A program made the position numbers and the translations under genes. Of a stretch of DNA of 64,000 nt, positions 1 to 10,925 are shown one piece after another. Origin of the DNA: Dictyostelium discoideum (taxonomy: Eukaryota); the NCBI GenBank assembly GCA_000004695.1, contig CM000151.3, positions 3,616,001 through 3,680,000 of the forward strand, read 5' to 3'. Numbering within the stretch: position 1 is the first letter of the stretch; each line of letters opens with the position of its first letter. The notes below the pieces were generated by a model. It was not told the DNA's origin and searched no databases. It worked only from the letters and a program-made list of their open reading frames with translations.

Positions 1-717
1 TTGTCTATTTGAATATTTAAATTTCGATTATTAAAGGTCAATAAACCAAAATTGTTTGGCGAATATGTGGGTTTTAAAAATGATGCTTTTAAAGAATAGT
101 TTGAATTTTGACCACTTTCAAACCCAAATGGCCAACTAAAGATATATTGAAAACCTAAATTCCATCTAAAATAAAATGAAAATGTTTCATACTGGGTATT
201 TGAATTGAATCCAAATGAAAACATTGTTGAGTTTAATGTTAAAGGTACTGATATTGGTTCAACAATGACATTTGGAAATGTAAAATTAAAATTATCTATT
301 CATTTTTTTAAAAAAAAAAATTAAAATAATGTCAATAGAAATTAATCTTTGATATATGTATATATTAAAAAGTAATTAAATTTAATTTTAACAAACTTAC
401 TAAAAACATTTAAATTTGGATCACTATAAATTGTTGTTAATGAGTTATTAATTTTTGCGAAAATAGAATATTGTGTATGAACTTGGCCAATGAATGTTGT
501 ACCTTTTCCTGGTATTTCATATGATGGAGTTGGAATATTATTTGTAATATCTTCAATAAATAATGGATCATATTCAATGGTTTCATTTAATGTAATAGAG
601 TAAACTGGTGAACAATTAATTCCAAATTCTTTAACATCAGTTTGGTTTGGGTAGATCTTAAATGTAATATCCTTTTCTTCTACATTCATTTCTTAAAATA
701 ATAATAATTTTAATATC

Positions 718-748
<31 letters not shown>

Positions 749-1105
749 ATTATTATACTTACTTGAAAAATATAAAAAAGGAATTGTAATATTTACAGTA
801 TATTGTTGATCTGAACTATCCAAGAATCTTATTGATATATTAAACTCTGATATTAAATTATTTTTATCAAATCCTACACCAACAAAGAATAAATTTGAAT
901 ATCCCTCTAAGCTCATTGCAACATTTGAAGGACTTGAAACATTTAGCAAATTTAGTGGATATTTTAAACCTGCAAAGTGTATTGTTGCTGTATAAGGAAA
1001 AAGTGTAAATTTATAATTGTTACTTGTTAAAACATTGACCTTCATCAATTCTCGAGGGATATCTATAAAATTGATATTAAAGTTAATTATTTTTTTTTTT
1101 TTTTT

Positions 1106-1150
<45 letters not shown>

Positions 1151-1571
1151 GTTTTATATACAAACATTCACAAGAATAAGTTATTGAGATATTTTTATAA
1201 ATAATTTGATCATTTTGCAATGTTGCATTTATTAATAATGTATAAGTATTTGGTGTTTTATTTTTAACTATAACTGTGGCAATTCCTCCATATTCTTTCT
1301 TATTGATTAGAGAGACTGTTGCATCTGTGTCATTGGTGAAAACCATCAAATTTGTTCCACTATTCGAGTAATCAACTATTGCAATCGAAAAAACATATGA
1401 ACAAATTTTTTGATTTGTTGAATCTGGGTATCTATTATAAGCACCTTCTTCTTGATTTGTAATATCATACAATTGAAACTGTCCTTCAACCCCAATTATT
1501 AAATTATTTATTGTTGAAAAGCTATTTATTATCGCCAATGTTAGGATTATCAATAAAATTTTCTTTATCAT
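1..1571 (-). CDS. Paralog 0 (5' part only; exon 5 lies left of the window) of the tandemly repeated large type-I membrane glycoprotein gene (Tgr/LagC-like, hypothesis). Exons about 1166..1571, 763..1062, 401..691 and 1..295.
   Basis: Signal peptide MIKKILLIILTLAIINSF starts at the ATG at 1571. Each exon ends in a GTAAGT-type donor one base past a codon (phase 1) and resumes after an (A/T)AG acceptor with the frame conserved. Bases 1-300 are near-identical to 5459-5760, which is exon 4 of paralog 1. The protein is collinear with paralogs 1 and 2. Confidence 0.5.
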
Positions 1572-1737
1572 TTTTTTTTTTTGTTTATTTAAACTTGCAA
1601 TAAGTTTTTTTTTTTTTATTAAAACAACAAAAAAAAAAAAAAAAAACTTGCCCTTTAGCAAACATTTTTTTTTATTTTTGCTTTTTTTTTTTTTTTTACG
1701 ATTTGCTGAGCTAATAAAAGATATTTAAAAAAAGATA

Positions 1738-1770
<33 letters not shown>

Positions 1771-2472
1771 AAATAAAAAACAAAAAAAAAATTTTGAAAT
1801 TCTAAGGGGCAAACAGAAAAAAAAAAAAAAAAAAAGACACAAAATTTCTTTTCGCTTTTATTACCAAACAAATTGGTGTCGTTTTGTTAAAAAAAAAAAA
1901 AAAAAAACAAAATATTGATGATTGTTTTTTATATATATTTTATAAGGCGGTTGTAAAAATTTTTGCATTAAAGTGTTCCTCTTTTTTTTTATTTTTTTTT
2001 TTTACTTTTATTTTTTTTATTTTCTGTGTAACTCCCCTTATTATTTTATCTTTTATTATTATTGTTATTTTTAAAAAAACAACATTCATCTAAATGATTG
2101 GTTCATTTTACTTGTTTTTTATTTTTTTTTTGGTTTTTTTTTTTCTTTTTACCAAATAATTGGTTTTTTGGTGTTGTTGATGAAATCAATTGCTTTTTCT
2201 TTCTACTAATCTTGATCCATTTTTTTGTTCTATCTCAAGCTAATTGATTATATAATTAATGGTGATTTTGTCTTTTTTTTTTTTTTTTAAAGATTAATTT
2301 AAAAAATAATAAAAAAAAAAAAATTAAAATTTTTTTTATATATACTTTTTTTTTCGAATTAAAAGTCCTGTTTTTATTTGTTTTTATCTTTTATTTTTTA
2401 TTTTTTATTTTTATTTTTTTTCCAAGATTTATAATTTAAATATTAGAATTAAATTAACTGATTAAGTAATTA

Positions 2473-5400
2473 TCAGTTAATTGTTTGTAATTTCTTTTGT
2501 ACTTTTCTTTGGAATTTTTTTGATTTTCTGTTTTTCACAACCAAGTAAACAACTGATACAATAACTACAGTGGCAAAAGCAATAGAACCAATAATAATAC
2601 CAGCGAGTTGAGCACTTGTTAGTTTTGATTTATTTGATGTACAAATTGAATTATTATCATTATTTGATACTGGTTTACTATCTACTAATACTGAAAAGTC
2701 TGGATCAATAATTATTGATTGTTTATAGTTTGGTATTGTAATACCAATGAATGATTGTGATACTGATGATGTTTGAATTGAGTTCATTTTTGAATCTAAT
2801 AATTGATTTTCAATTGAAGACACTTTTGAATCGATGATTGCTCTTTTAATGAATCTACCATAAAGTGAATGATCATCAATTTGAATTTTAAAGAAGTTTG
2901 AATTATCACCATCGCTTGTATCTCCAAATACTTTTAATGAACAAGTATCTTTGGAAGTTGATGATTCGAATAATGCTGACATTACAAGTTGAAGACTATT
3001 TAATTGTTTTAAAAATTTATATTCTGTAATTTCAATTGTATATTTAATACTTGATGGATTCATTGTTATATTATTATTTGCGAATTGAATAATTGTCGTT
3101 TGATTGAACCATTCTAAAGTTACAGTAATATTGGTTGTTAATGTATTTGTTGATTTTGTATCACCACTTTGAATACTTGTAAAGTATTGACTTTTAATAT
3201 TATTAATTGGTGTATAAATCCATTTATCAAATGTATATAAATTAACTTGATTTGAATTAAAATCTAATTCTCTTAATGATACAATTGAAATCAATGATTT
3301 GAATAAATAATTTGTACTATTTGATGTTTGATTATTGTTATCGATAATTGGTAATTCAGTTGATGGTTGTGATGTATTTGTTGATGGTTGTGGTATAATT
3401 ATAACTTGTGAATTACAATCATTACCAATCCAAGGTGGATAACAAATACATCCACTTGATGAACAAAAACCTTGTTTTGATCCACCACATACTGGTTCAC
3501 CTAAACATGTTTGTGGTTTATTCGTTGGCATTGGTGATGATGTAGGTATTGGTGTTTGTGTTGGTGTTGGATCTATAAAATTATAAACTATTGGATTGAC
3601 AGTGAATTCATTTGATGTGAGTGGTAGGTCTGAAACTTTGATAATGAATGGTTTATCGGTTGGTTTAATATTTTTAATAAAAATTGCACTCCAATAAACT
3701 GTAGTTGGTACTATTTGATTAAAGCTTGAGTCTCCTTCATATTTTACATATACTTGTTGCGTTGAATTGAAACATCTACCTGTTATCCATAACTCGCTAT
3801 CAAATGAATTAAATTTACTGCATTTTGTGATTTGTATTACTTTATTAAAAGTTATATTATTAATTGTATATATAAAAGATAAATTATTTAGTGATTCGCT
3901 TGAATATCCGCTATAATAACCGCCATTATTAATGAATCCATAAACACTGAAAATAATATCTGAATTGTATCCAAATCCTATTGGTAAATCGATAGTACAT
4001 GTATAGGTTGCAGCTGTTTCGTTTATTGAAATAATAGATGATACACATTCAAGTGTTTGTACTTCTATTGTTTCAATATAAACAACTGGATATTGTTTAT
4101 CTTTTAAACCACTTTCAATATCTACTGCTTCAAAGTTGAATGATAAGTATTGAGTACCATCACTATTTTGTTTTAATATTGGTATGAATGAAGTTAAAAT
4201 TGGTGGTGAACTATCGATACCATCATTTTCACCACTACATGTTTTATATACTTTATTTATTGTTGGATCTGATAAATAATTTATAAATACATTTTTAATA
4301 CCATCCATTTCACCAACTACATAAAATTCACCTGAAAAGCCTTGAGTATCATATAATTTAACTTGTGTGATAATATAATTTTGAGATGCACATTTACTTG
4401 GTAAAGTTATATTAATTTGATAATCACCATTAAATTTATCACCTCTTGTTAAATTTTGAGTTGTTAAATGGAATTTATAAGTTGAACTATCCATTTCACC
4501 TCTCACTATAATATCACCATAATCAAAACCATTAATTGGATCATCTATTGTAAATTTCCAACCAAATTCATTTGGTGAATTAATTTTTTCAATATTACTA
4601 AATATTGGTCCATACGCATCGAAATGTTTAGAAACAATAAATAGTTGTGATGATAAAGGAAACATATCATTTGTTATTGAAGATTGATAACCACACATTA
4701 AAAAGAAACTGAGTGGACCAGGTCTAGTGTTTGCAAGAACTGTAAATTTAATTTGATATTTTGAAATTGTTGAATTCCAAGTTGCAAACTTTAAACTATC
4801 GAAAACTATATTAGATTCTGTGGTATTACTATTTAAAATAAAAAGTGAGAATGAAGCTGAAGGATCACTATGGGCTTGAGTACCATTATAATTGAAATAA
4901 ATTATATTATCAACTGATTTATTTGCCACATCAATATAATTTTTTAAAAATGTAATATTTTCTATTAAAACAGGTAATATTGTTGGAGCTTTATAATCTA
5001 TAACTGAAAATGGATTAATTGAAAAATAACTATTTACATAATAAACTTGACTCTTTTTAAAAGTTGAATCTCCAATAGATAAAACTGAAAATCCACGCCC
5101 TTTAAAATCATAAACAATTTCATATATATTATTTTCAGCATCTACCAATGATTCTTGTCTATATATTGCATTTGCATCATCATTAATTTGAATGAAAAGA
5201 TTATAACCAATCTCTTTATATGTTGGTTTTATTTTAATTATTAATAAATGAAATTGTTCAAAAAGGTATATAACTTTACATGATTCTAATTCTAATGGTA
5301 GTAATGATGAATTTATCGCTATTTTTAAAAATATTTTTTAATGTTAGTACTTGTTTGTGTGTGGGGTGTGTGTGTGTGTTATTCAGTAGTAGTTTAGAAT

Positions 5401-6976
5401 ATTAATGATTATATATGTATATTAGAATATTAATGATTATATGTATATATACTTACTATTGTCTATTTGAATAATAAAATTTTCATTATTAAAGGTCAAT
5501 AAACCAAAATTGTTTGGCGAATACGTGGGTTTTAAAAATGATACTTTTAAAGAATAGTTTGAATTTTGACCACTTTCAAACCCAAATGGCCAACTAAAGA
5601 TATATTGAAAACCTAAATTCCATCTAAAATAAAATGGAAAAATTGCATACTGAAAACTTGAAGTGAACCCAAATGAAAACATTGTTGAGTTTAATATTAA
5701 AGGTAATGATACTGGTTCAACAATGACATTTGGAAATGTAAAATTAAAGTTTTCTATTCATTTTTTTTTAAATAATGTCAATAGAAATTAATCTTTGATA
5801 TATGTATATATTAAAAAGTAATTGAATTTAATTTTAAAAAACTTACTTGAAACATTTAAATTTGGGTTACTATAAATTGTTGTTAATGAGTTATTAATTT
5901 GTGCGAAAATAGAATATTGTGTATAAACATAACCAATGAATGTTGTACCTTTTCCTGGTATTTCATATGATGGAGTAGGCATACGACGTGAAACATCTTC
6001 AATAAATAATGGATCATATTCAATGGTTTCATTTAATGTAATAGAGTAAACTGGTGAACAATTAACTCCAAGTACTGTAACATCGGTTTGGTTTGGATAG
6101 ATCTTGAATGTAATATCCTTTTCTTCTACATTCATTTCTTATAATAATAATAATTTTAATATCTTATTTTTTTTTTTTTAAATTTAATTATTATACTTAC
6201 TTGAAAAATAAAAAAAAGGAATTGTAATATTCACAGTATATTGTTGATCTGAACTATCCAAGAAAAGTATTGATATATTAGACTCTGGTACAAAATTATA
6301 TTTATTAAAATCTACACTAACATATAATAAATTTGAATAAAAATTATTTATGTTTATCCAAGAAGGACTTGAAACATTTAGATAAGATATTTGATATTTT
6401 AAACCTGTAAAGTGTATTAATGTTGTATAAGGATTAATTGTAAATTTATAATTGTTACTTGTTAAAACATTGACCTTCATCAATTCTCGAGGGATATCTA
6501 TATAAAATTGGTATTGAAATTAATTAATTATTTATTTTTGTTTTTTTAATTTTAAATTTTATATACAAACATTCACAAGAATAAGTTATTGAGATATTCT
6601 TATAAATATTTTGACCATTTTGCAATGTTGCATTTATTAATAATGTATAAGTATTTGGTGTTTTATTTTTAACTATAACTGTGGCAATTCCTCCATATTC
6701 TTTCCTAATGATTTGATAGACCATTGCATCTGTATCATTGGTGAAAACATTCAAAGTTGCCCCACTATTCGAGTAATCAACTATTGCAATCGAAAAAACA
6801 TATGAACAAATTTTTTGATTTGTTGAATCTGGGTATCTATTATAAGCACCTTCTTCTTGATTTGTAATATCATACAATTGAAACTGTCCTTCAACCCCAA
6901 TTATTAAATTATTTATTGTTGAAAAGCTATTTATTATCACCAATGTTAGGATTATTAATAAAATTTTCTTTATCAT
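2473..6976 (-). CDS. Paralog 1, complete: 5-exon gene for a type-I membrane glycoprotein of about 1380 aa with signal peptide, N-glycan-rich ectodomain, PT-rich linker, EGF-like Cys module, TM and short basic tail (Tgr/LagC-like, hypothesis). Exons about 6571..6976, 6201..6497, 5847..6137, 5457..5753 and 2473..5318.
   Basis: The ORF-track entries 6524..6976, 6184..6483, 5788..6135, 5437..5682 and 2473..5148 join in frame through GTAAGT/GTTTGT donors and TAG/AAG acceptors with phase 1 throughout. The four introns are 70-140 nt and AT-rich; intron 4 carries a (GT)n tract. The C-terminus is ...CLGEPVCGGSKQGFCSSSGCICYPPWIGNDC (EGF-like), then a TM (LAGIIIGSIAFATVVIVSVVYLVV) and the tail KNRKSKKFQRKVQKKLQTIN. 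Confidence 0.6.
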
Positions 6977-7205
6977 TTTTTTTTTTTAAAAAAAAAAATA
7001 AAAAAAAAAAAAAAAAAAACGTTCCCCATTTTTTTTTTTACGATTTGATAAAGATATTTATAAAAAGATATTTATAAAAAGATATTTTAAAAAAAAAATT
7101 AAAAAAAATATTTTTTGAATTTCAAGACTACCTCACAACAAAATTTCATTGTTTTTATTTTTTATTTCTTTTTTTTGATCCCAACAAACACATTATAAAT
7201 GGTAC

Positions 7206-7252
<47 letters not shown>
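7206..7252. repeat. (AAT)n microsatellite, about 16 units
   Basis: A perfect AAT/ATA trinucleotide run, read directly. Confidence 0.9.
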
Positions 7253-7253
<1 letters not shown>

Positions 7254-7774
7254 TGTTTAATTTATTTAATTTCTAATACTAACATAAAATTTGTTTGGTA
7301 GAGTTGGATCTGGAATAAAATCATTTATGTTTTATTTGTTGAAGATTTTGTTTATTTAGTCCAAAATACCTTGTTTAGTTGTTATAAATCCATTAGCTTG
7401 AAGACTTGGCATAATATGACTTGTGTTTGGATTTTGTTGTATTAGTTGTGAATTCATCAGATTGAAGACTTGGCATAATATGATTTGTGTTTGGATTTTG
7501 TTGTTGTATTAGTTGTTGTTGTGCTTGTATTAGTTTTTGTTGTGTTCCTAATGTTGCTAGTAGTTGTTTGCATTGACATTGTTCTTTTTTAGGTTGATTA
7601 CAACCTCTACAAATGTATACCATTTTTTGTTTAGTAATAATTTAGCCAAATAAAAAAATAAAAAAATATAATAAAAAAAATCAAAAAAAAAAATTTTGGT
7701 TATTGAATTTTCTATTGTGCCTTTTTTTAATAATTAATTTTGAAAAATTTTAGTAAAATATATTTTTTAAAAAA

Positions 7775-7808
<34 letters not shown>

Positions 7809-8282
7809 AAACAAAGAAAAAAAATAAAAAAATTTAAAAAAAAAAATAATATAATATAAAAAAATATAAAGCAGTTATTCATTTTTAATTAAATTACCAA
7901 ATAAAGAGTTTTAATTTAAAGGATTAAACAAAAATCAATCAATAGGTTTATTTAAATGTAAAGTAGTTATATTTATATTATCAAATAAAGAATTTTAATT
8001 TTAAAGTAATAAACAATAAACAATAAACAATAAAAAATAATAAATATGTTTATTTATTTTAATTTTAAAATGCACAATAAATTTCTTTATTTAATTTAAA
8101 TTATGGAACAATGAATTTTAATTTATAAAAAAAAAAAAAAAAAAAAAAAATCACCAATACACAGAGAATAATAAAATAAAATTATTTGTTGATATTATAA
8201 TAAAAATGATAAAAAATATTAAATTAATTTTAAATATTAATATCTTTTTTTTCATTATTATTTTCCTTTGTTATATAAAGGA

Positions 8283-8636
8283 ATTTCCTTTATAAGTGAT
8301 TCGCTTGAATATCCGCTATAATAACCGCCATAGTCAATATTGGTCCATATTCATTGAAATGTTTAGAAACAATTAATAGTTGTGATGATAAAGGAAACAT
8401 ATCATTTGTTATTGAAGATTGATAAGTACTAATTAAAAAGAAACTGAGTGGATCAGGTCTAGTATTTGTAAGAACTGTAAATTTAATTTGATTTTTTGAA
8501 ACTATTGAAATATATATTAGATCATATCTGTATTACTACTATTTAAAATAAAAAGTGAGAATGTAGCTGAAGATCACTGTGGCCTGAGTATCATTATAAT
8601 TGAAATAAATTATATTATCAACTCCTATTAAGATTT
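8283..8636 (-). pseudogene. Degenerate, internally deleted fragment of the large glycoprotein gene (matches paralog 1 around 3893-3930 joined to about 4600-4925)
   Basis: About 85-90% nucleotide identity to two non-adjacent segments of exon 5. It contains indels and frame breaks and has no flanking exons. Confidence 0.55.
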
Positions 8637-8882
8637 AAAAATAAAAAATTTAATATTTAAAAAAAAAAAAAAATATTTTCAAATAATTTTTTTTTTTTTT
8701 TTTTTTAAATCCATAATTTTAAAAATATTTTGACACATACACCATATCGATGAATCATTACATCAAAATACCTTAGTAAGTTTTTTTTATTTTTTTATTT
8801 TTTCAATTTGTTTAAATAATTAATTTTTATTAATTATATATATATACTCAAAATGATAAATTTTATTTAATTTTTAAAAATA

Positions 8883-9275
8883 TTTCATCACCAAATAGAC
8901 AAGAAAGATATGAAGCAGTTAAATGTGTTAGAGAAATTTTATCTGATGGTAAGTTTTTTATTTTTATTTTTTTTTTTTTTTAATTGACTTTTTTTTTTTT
9001 AAATTGACTTTTTTTTTTTAAATGACTTTTTTTTTTTTTTTTTTATTATTTATTATAAAAAAAAGATAATAATCCACAAATTGATAGAGTTATTAGTTCA
9101 GGGTTAGTACTAATTTTACATAGATATTTAGTTGATGAAACAGATACTTCAATTCAATACGAAGCATCATGGGCATTAACAAATGTTGCATCAGGATCTT
9201 CAAAACATACAAATTATATTGTAGGGAATGAAATTCATAATTCTGTATTAAGTAAGGCAATTGCAGAGTTGAGGC
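8883..9275 (+). pseudogene. Importin-alpha (karyopherin alpha) pseudogene fragment covering ARM repeats 1-2, in inverted orientation relative to the rest of the gene
   Basis: The + strand translates to ...ISSPNRQERYEAVKCVREILSDG, then GTAAGT, then ...KDNNPQIDRVISSGLVLILHRYLVDETDTSIQYEASWALTNVASGSSKHTNYIVGNEIHNSVLSKAIAEL. This is the canonical importin-alpha ARM2 motif (FEAAWALTNIASG...). The last 28 bp (9248-9275) recur inverted at 10020-10047. Confidence 0.55.
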
Positions 9276-10050
9276 ACCACAGATAGCCTTAGCAATAGCG
9301 CAGGTGGCTTCAAGTTTTGTTCTTAAATTGATCGATGAGTTTTTACCGGTTTCAATAGCTCTTTTAAGCAAACATTCGTCTATGACTCTTTGGACTTGAT
9401 CTGTTGGACCATTGGTAATATATAATAAAAAATAATAACCTCACGTCACCAATGCTTCTGATGGTGATGATAAGATTTTAGGAAACACTTTCAATACATT
9501 ACATTGTAACAAATACTCTATAACGTCATAGAAACCTGAAAGCATATTACCAATTGTATTGAATCCGTATTTAATACAATCTTTTTGATCTGATTCGAAA
9601 ATGATTTCAATGATAACCTCAACCAATCCCATAGATATAATATTGTCAAAGATCTCATGCTCTTCATTGGTTGATTCGGTCAAGCATGATAATGCCCACA
9701 ATGCTTCTGATATGACATCAGCTTCTTTATGCCAAGTTAAGAGCAACTCTTTATTGATGGTAATAGTGGCTTAACGAGTCTAAATTCAGTACGTGGTACA
9801 CCACGACATAGATTTTTAATGACCCAAGCTACATTTGAAACTAGTGATTTCTTTGAATGAGTTTTCAATATTTCTATCAAATGTAATACTATACCTTAAT
9901 TGAGTACACTATCTCTATTTTGGAATGAATCACCAGTGATATTACCTAATGTCCAAATGTTTTGTTCTAAAAGATCAACATCATTACTAGTTGACATTAA
10001 ATCAATTATACTCTCAACTCTGCAATTGCCTTACTTAATACAGAACGATT
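9250..10050 (-). pseudogene. Importin-alpha pseudogene body (ARM3 to about ARM8) on the minus strand, with an in-frame TAA and frame shifts
   Basis: The minus strand reads ...NRSVLSKAIAEL / DLMSTSNDVDLLEQNIWTLGNITGDSFQNRDSVLN*GIVLHLIEILKTHSKKSLVSNVAWVIKNLCRGVPRTEFRLVKPLLPSIKELLLTWHKEADVISEALWALSCLTE...GFNTIGNMLSG...TNGPTDQVQRVIDECLL...KLEATCAIAKAI. This is collinear with importin-alpha (WALGNIAGD, TWTLSNLCRG, CWALSYL, RAIGNIVTG, KEATWTMSNITAG). It is interrupted by a TAA where a Tyr is expected and by frameshifts near 9441 and 9900. Confidence 0.5.
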
Positions 10051-10925
10051 GTCTTGAATGTTTGAAACAGAATTATTCAGCATCTAAAGCTCGAAAAAAT
10101 TCTTTTTATTACTATTTGGAGGGCATTGCCAAAATATTAAATATTGTCAAAAAACATACCAAAGAAACAAACTGTTTAAAACTTTTCAACACTTTTATCG
10201 ATGGTCAATTCTTTGATAATTTACTCGATGATTCCAATTCTTGTGAACGAGAATTTGTTGAAGGTTACTCAACAATCAGCGATGAATTTGATGAGTTGAC
10301 TCAAGTGGTTCAACAAATTGAACCTAAAAATTCAAAGGGTGAAGATGTAAATGAAGTTAATTGTGAAAAATCTGCTGAAAAAGCTTCTGATTATGAAGAT
10401 GATATTGCTAAATTATATGAAATGAAACTTAATGAATAAAAACAAAATAAAATAAAATAAAATAAAATAAATAAATTTCAATTGGAAGATTTTTTATTTC
10501 CAGTCTGTTAAACATGTTGAACTGTTAAAACTATTAAACCTGATAAACCTACCAAACGATCCTGTGCCAAAGATTGGAGAGAATATAAATCTATCTATAC
10601 ACTATGACATTAGGAATGGTTTAATATTTATTAACACTTCAACAACAATAAAAATAAAAAAATTTAAACATCATCATTTTTAAATATTGGAAAAATTTTA
10701 ATAATTTCAAATAAATAATAAATGTGTGGGTAAACCTAATTAATTTGTTTTTAATTTTTTTTTTGTTGAACCACTACAGTAGAAATTTTTTTTTTTACAT
10801 ATACATAAGAAAAGACAAATAAATAATAAGTAAATGCATAAAGAAATTTTTAAAAATTAATAAAAAAAATAATAATTTTTATTTTCCAAGATTTTTAATT
10901 AGAATATTTGAATTAAATTAACTGA

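Noticed and set aside
9900-10439. 179-aa ORF on the + strand proposed as an intact gene
   Set aside because: Its 5' third is the antisense of importin-alpha ARM3 coding sequence (10050-9900 minus strand) and its remainder has no recognisable domain. It is more likely a chance ORF in rearranged pseudogene DNA, though an acidic C-terminus (EDDIAKLYEMKLNE) leaves a small possibility of a real gene.
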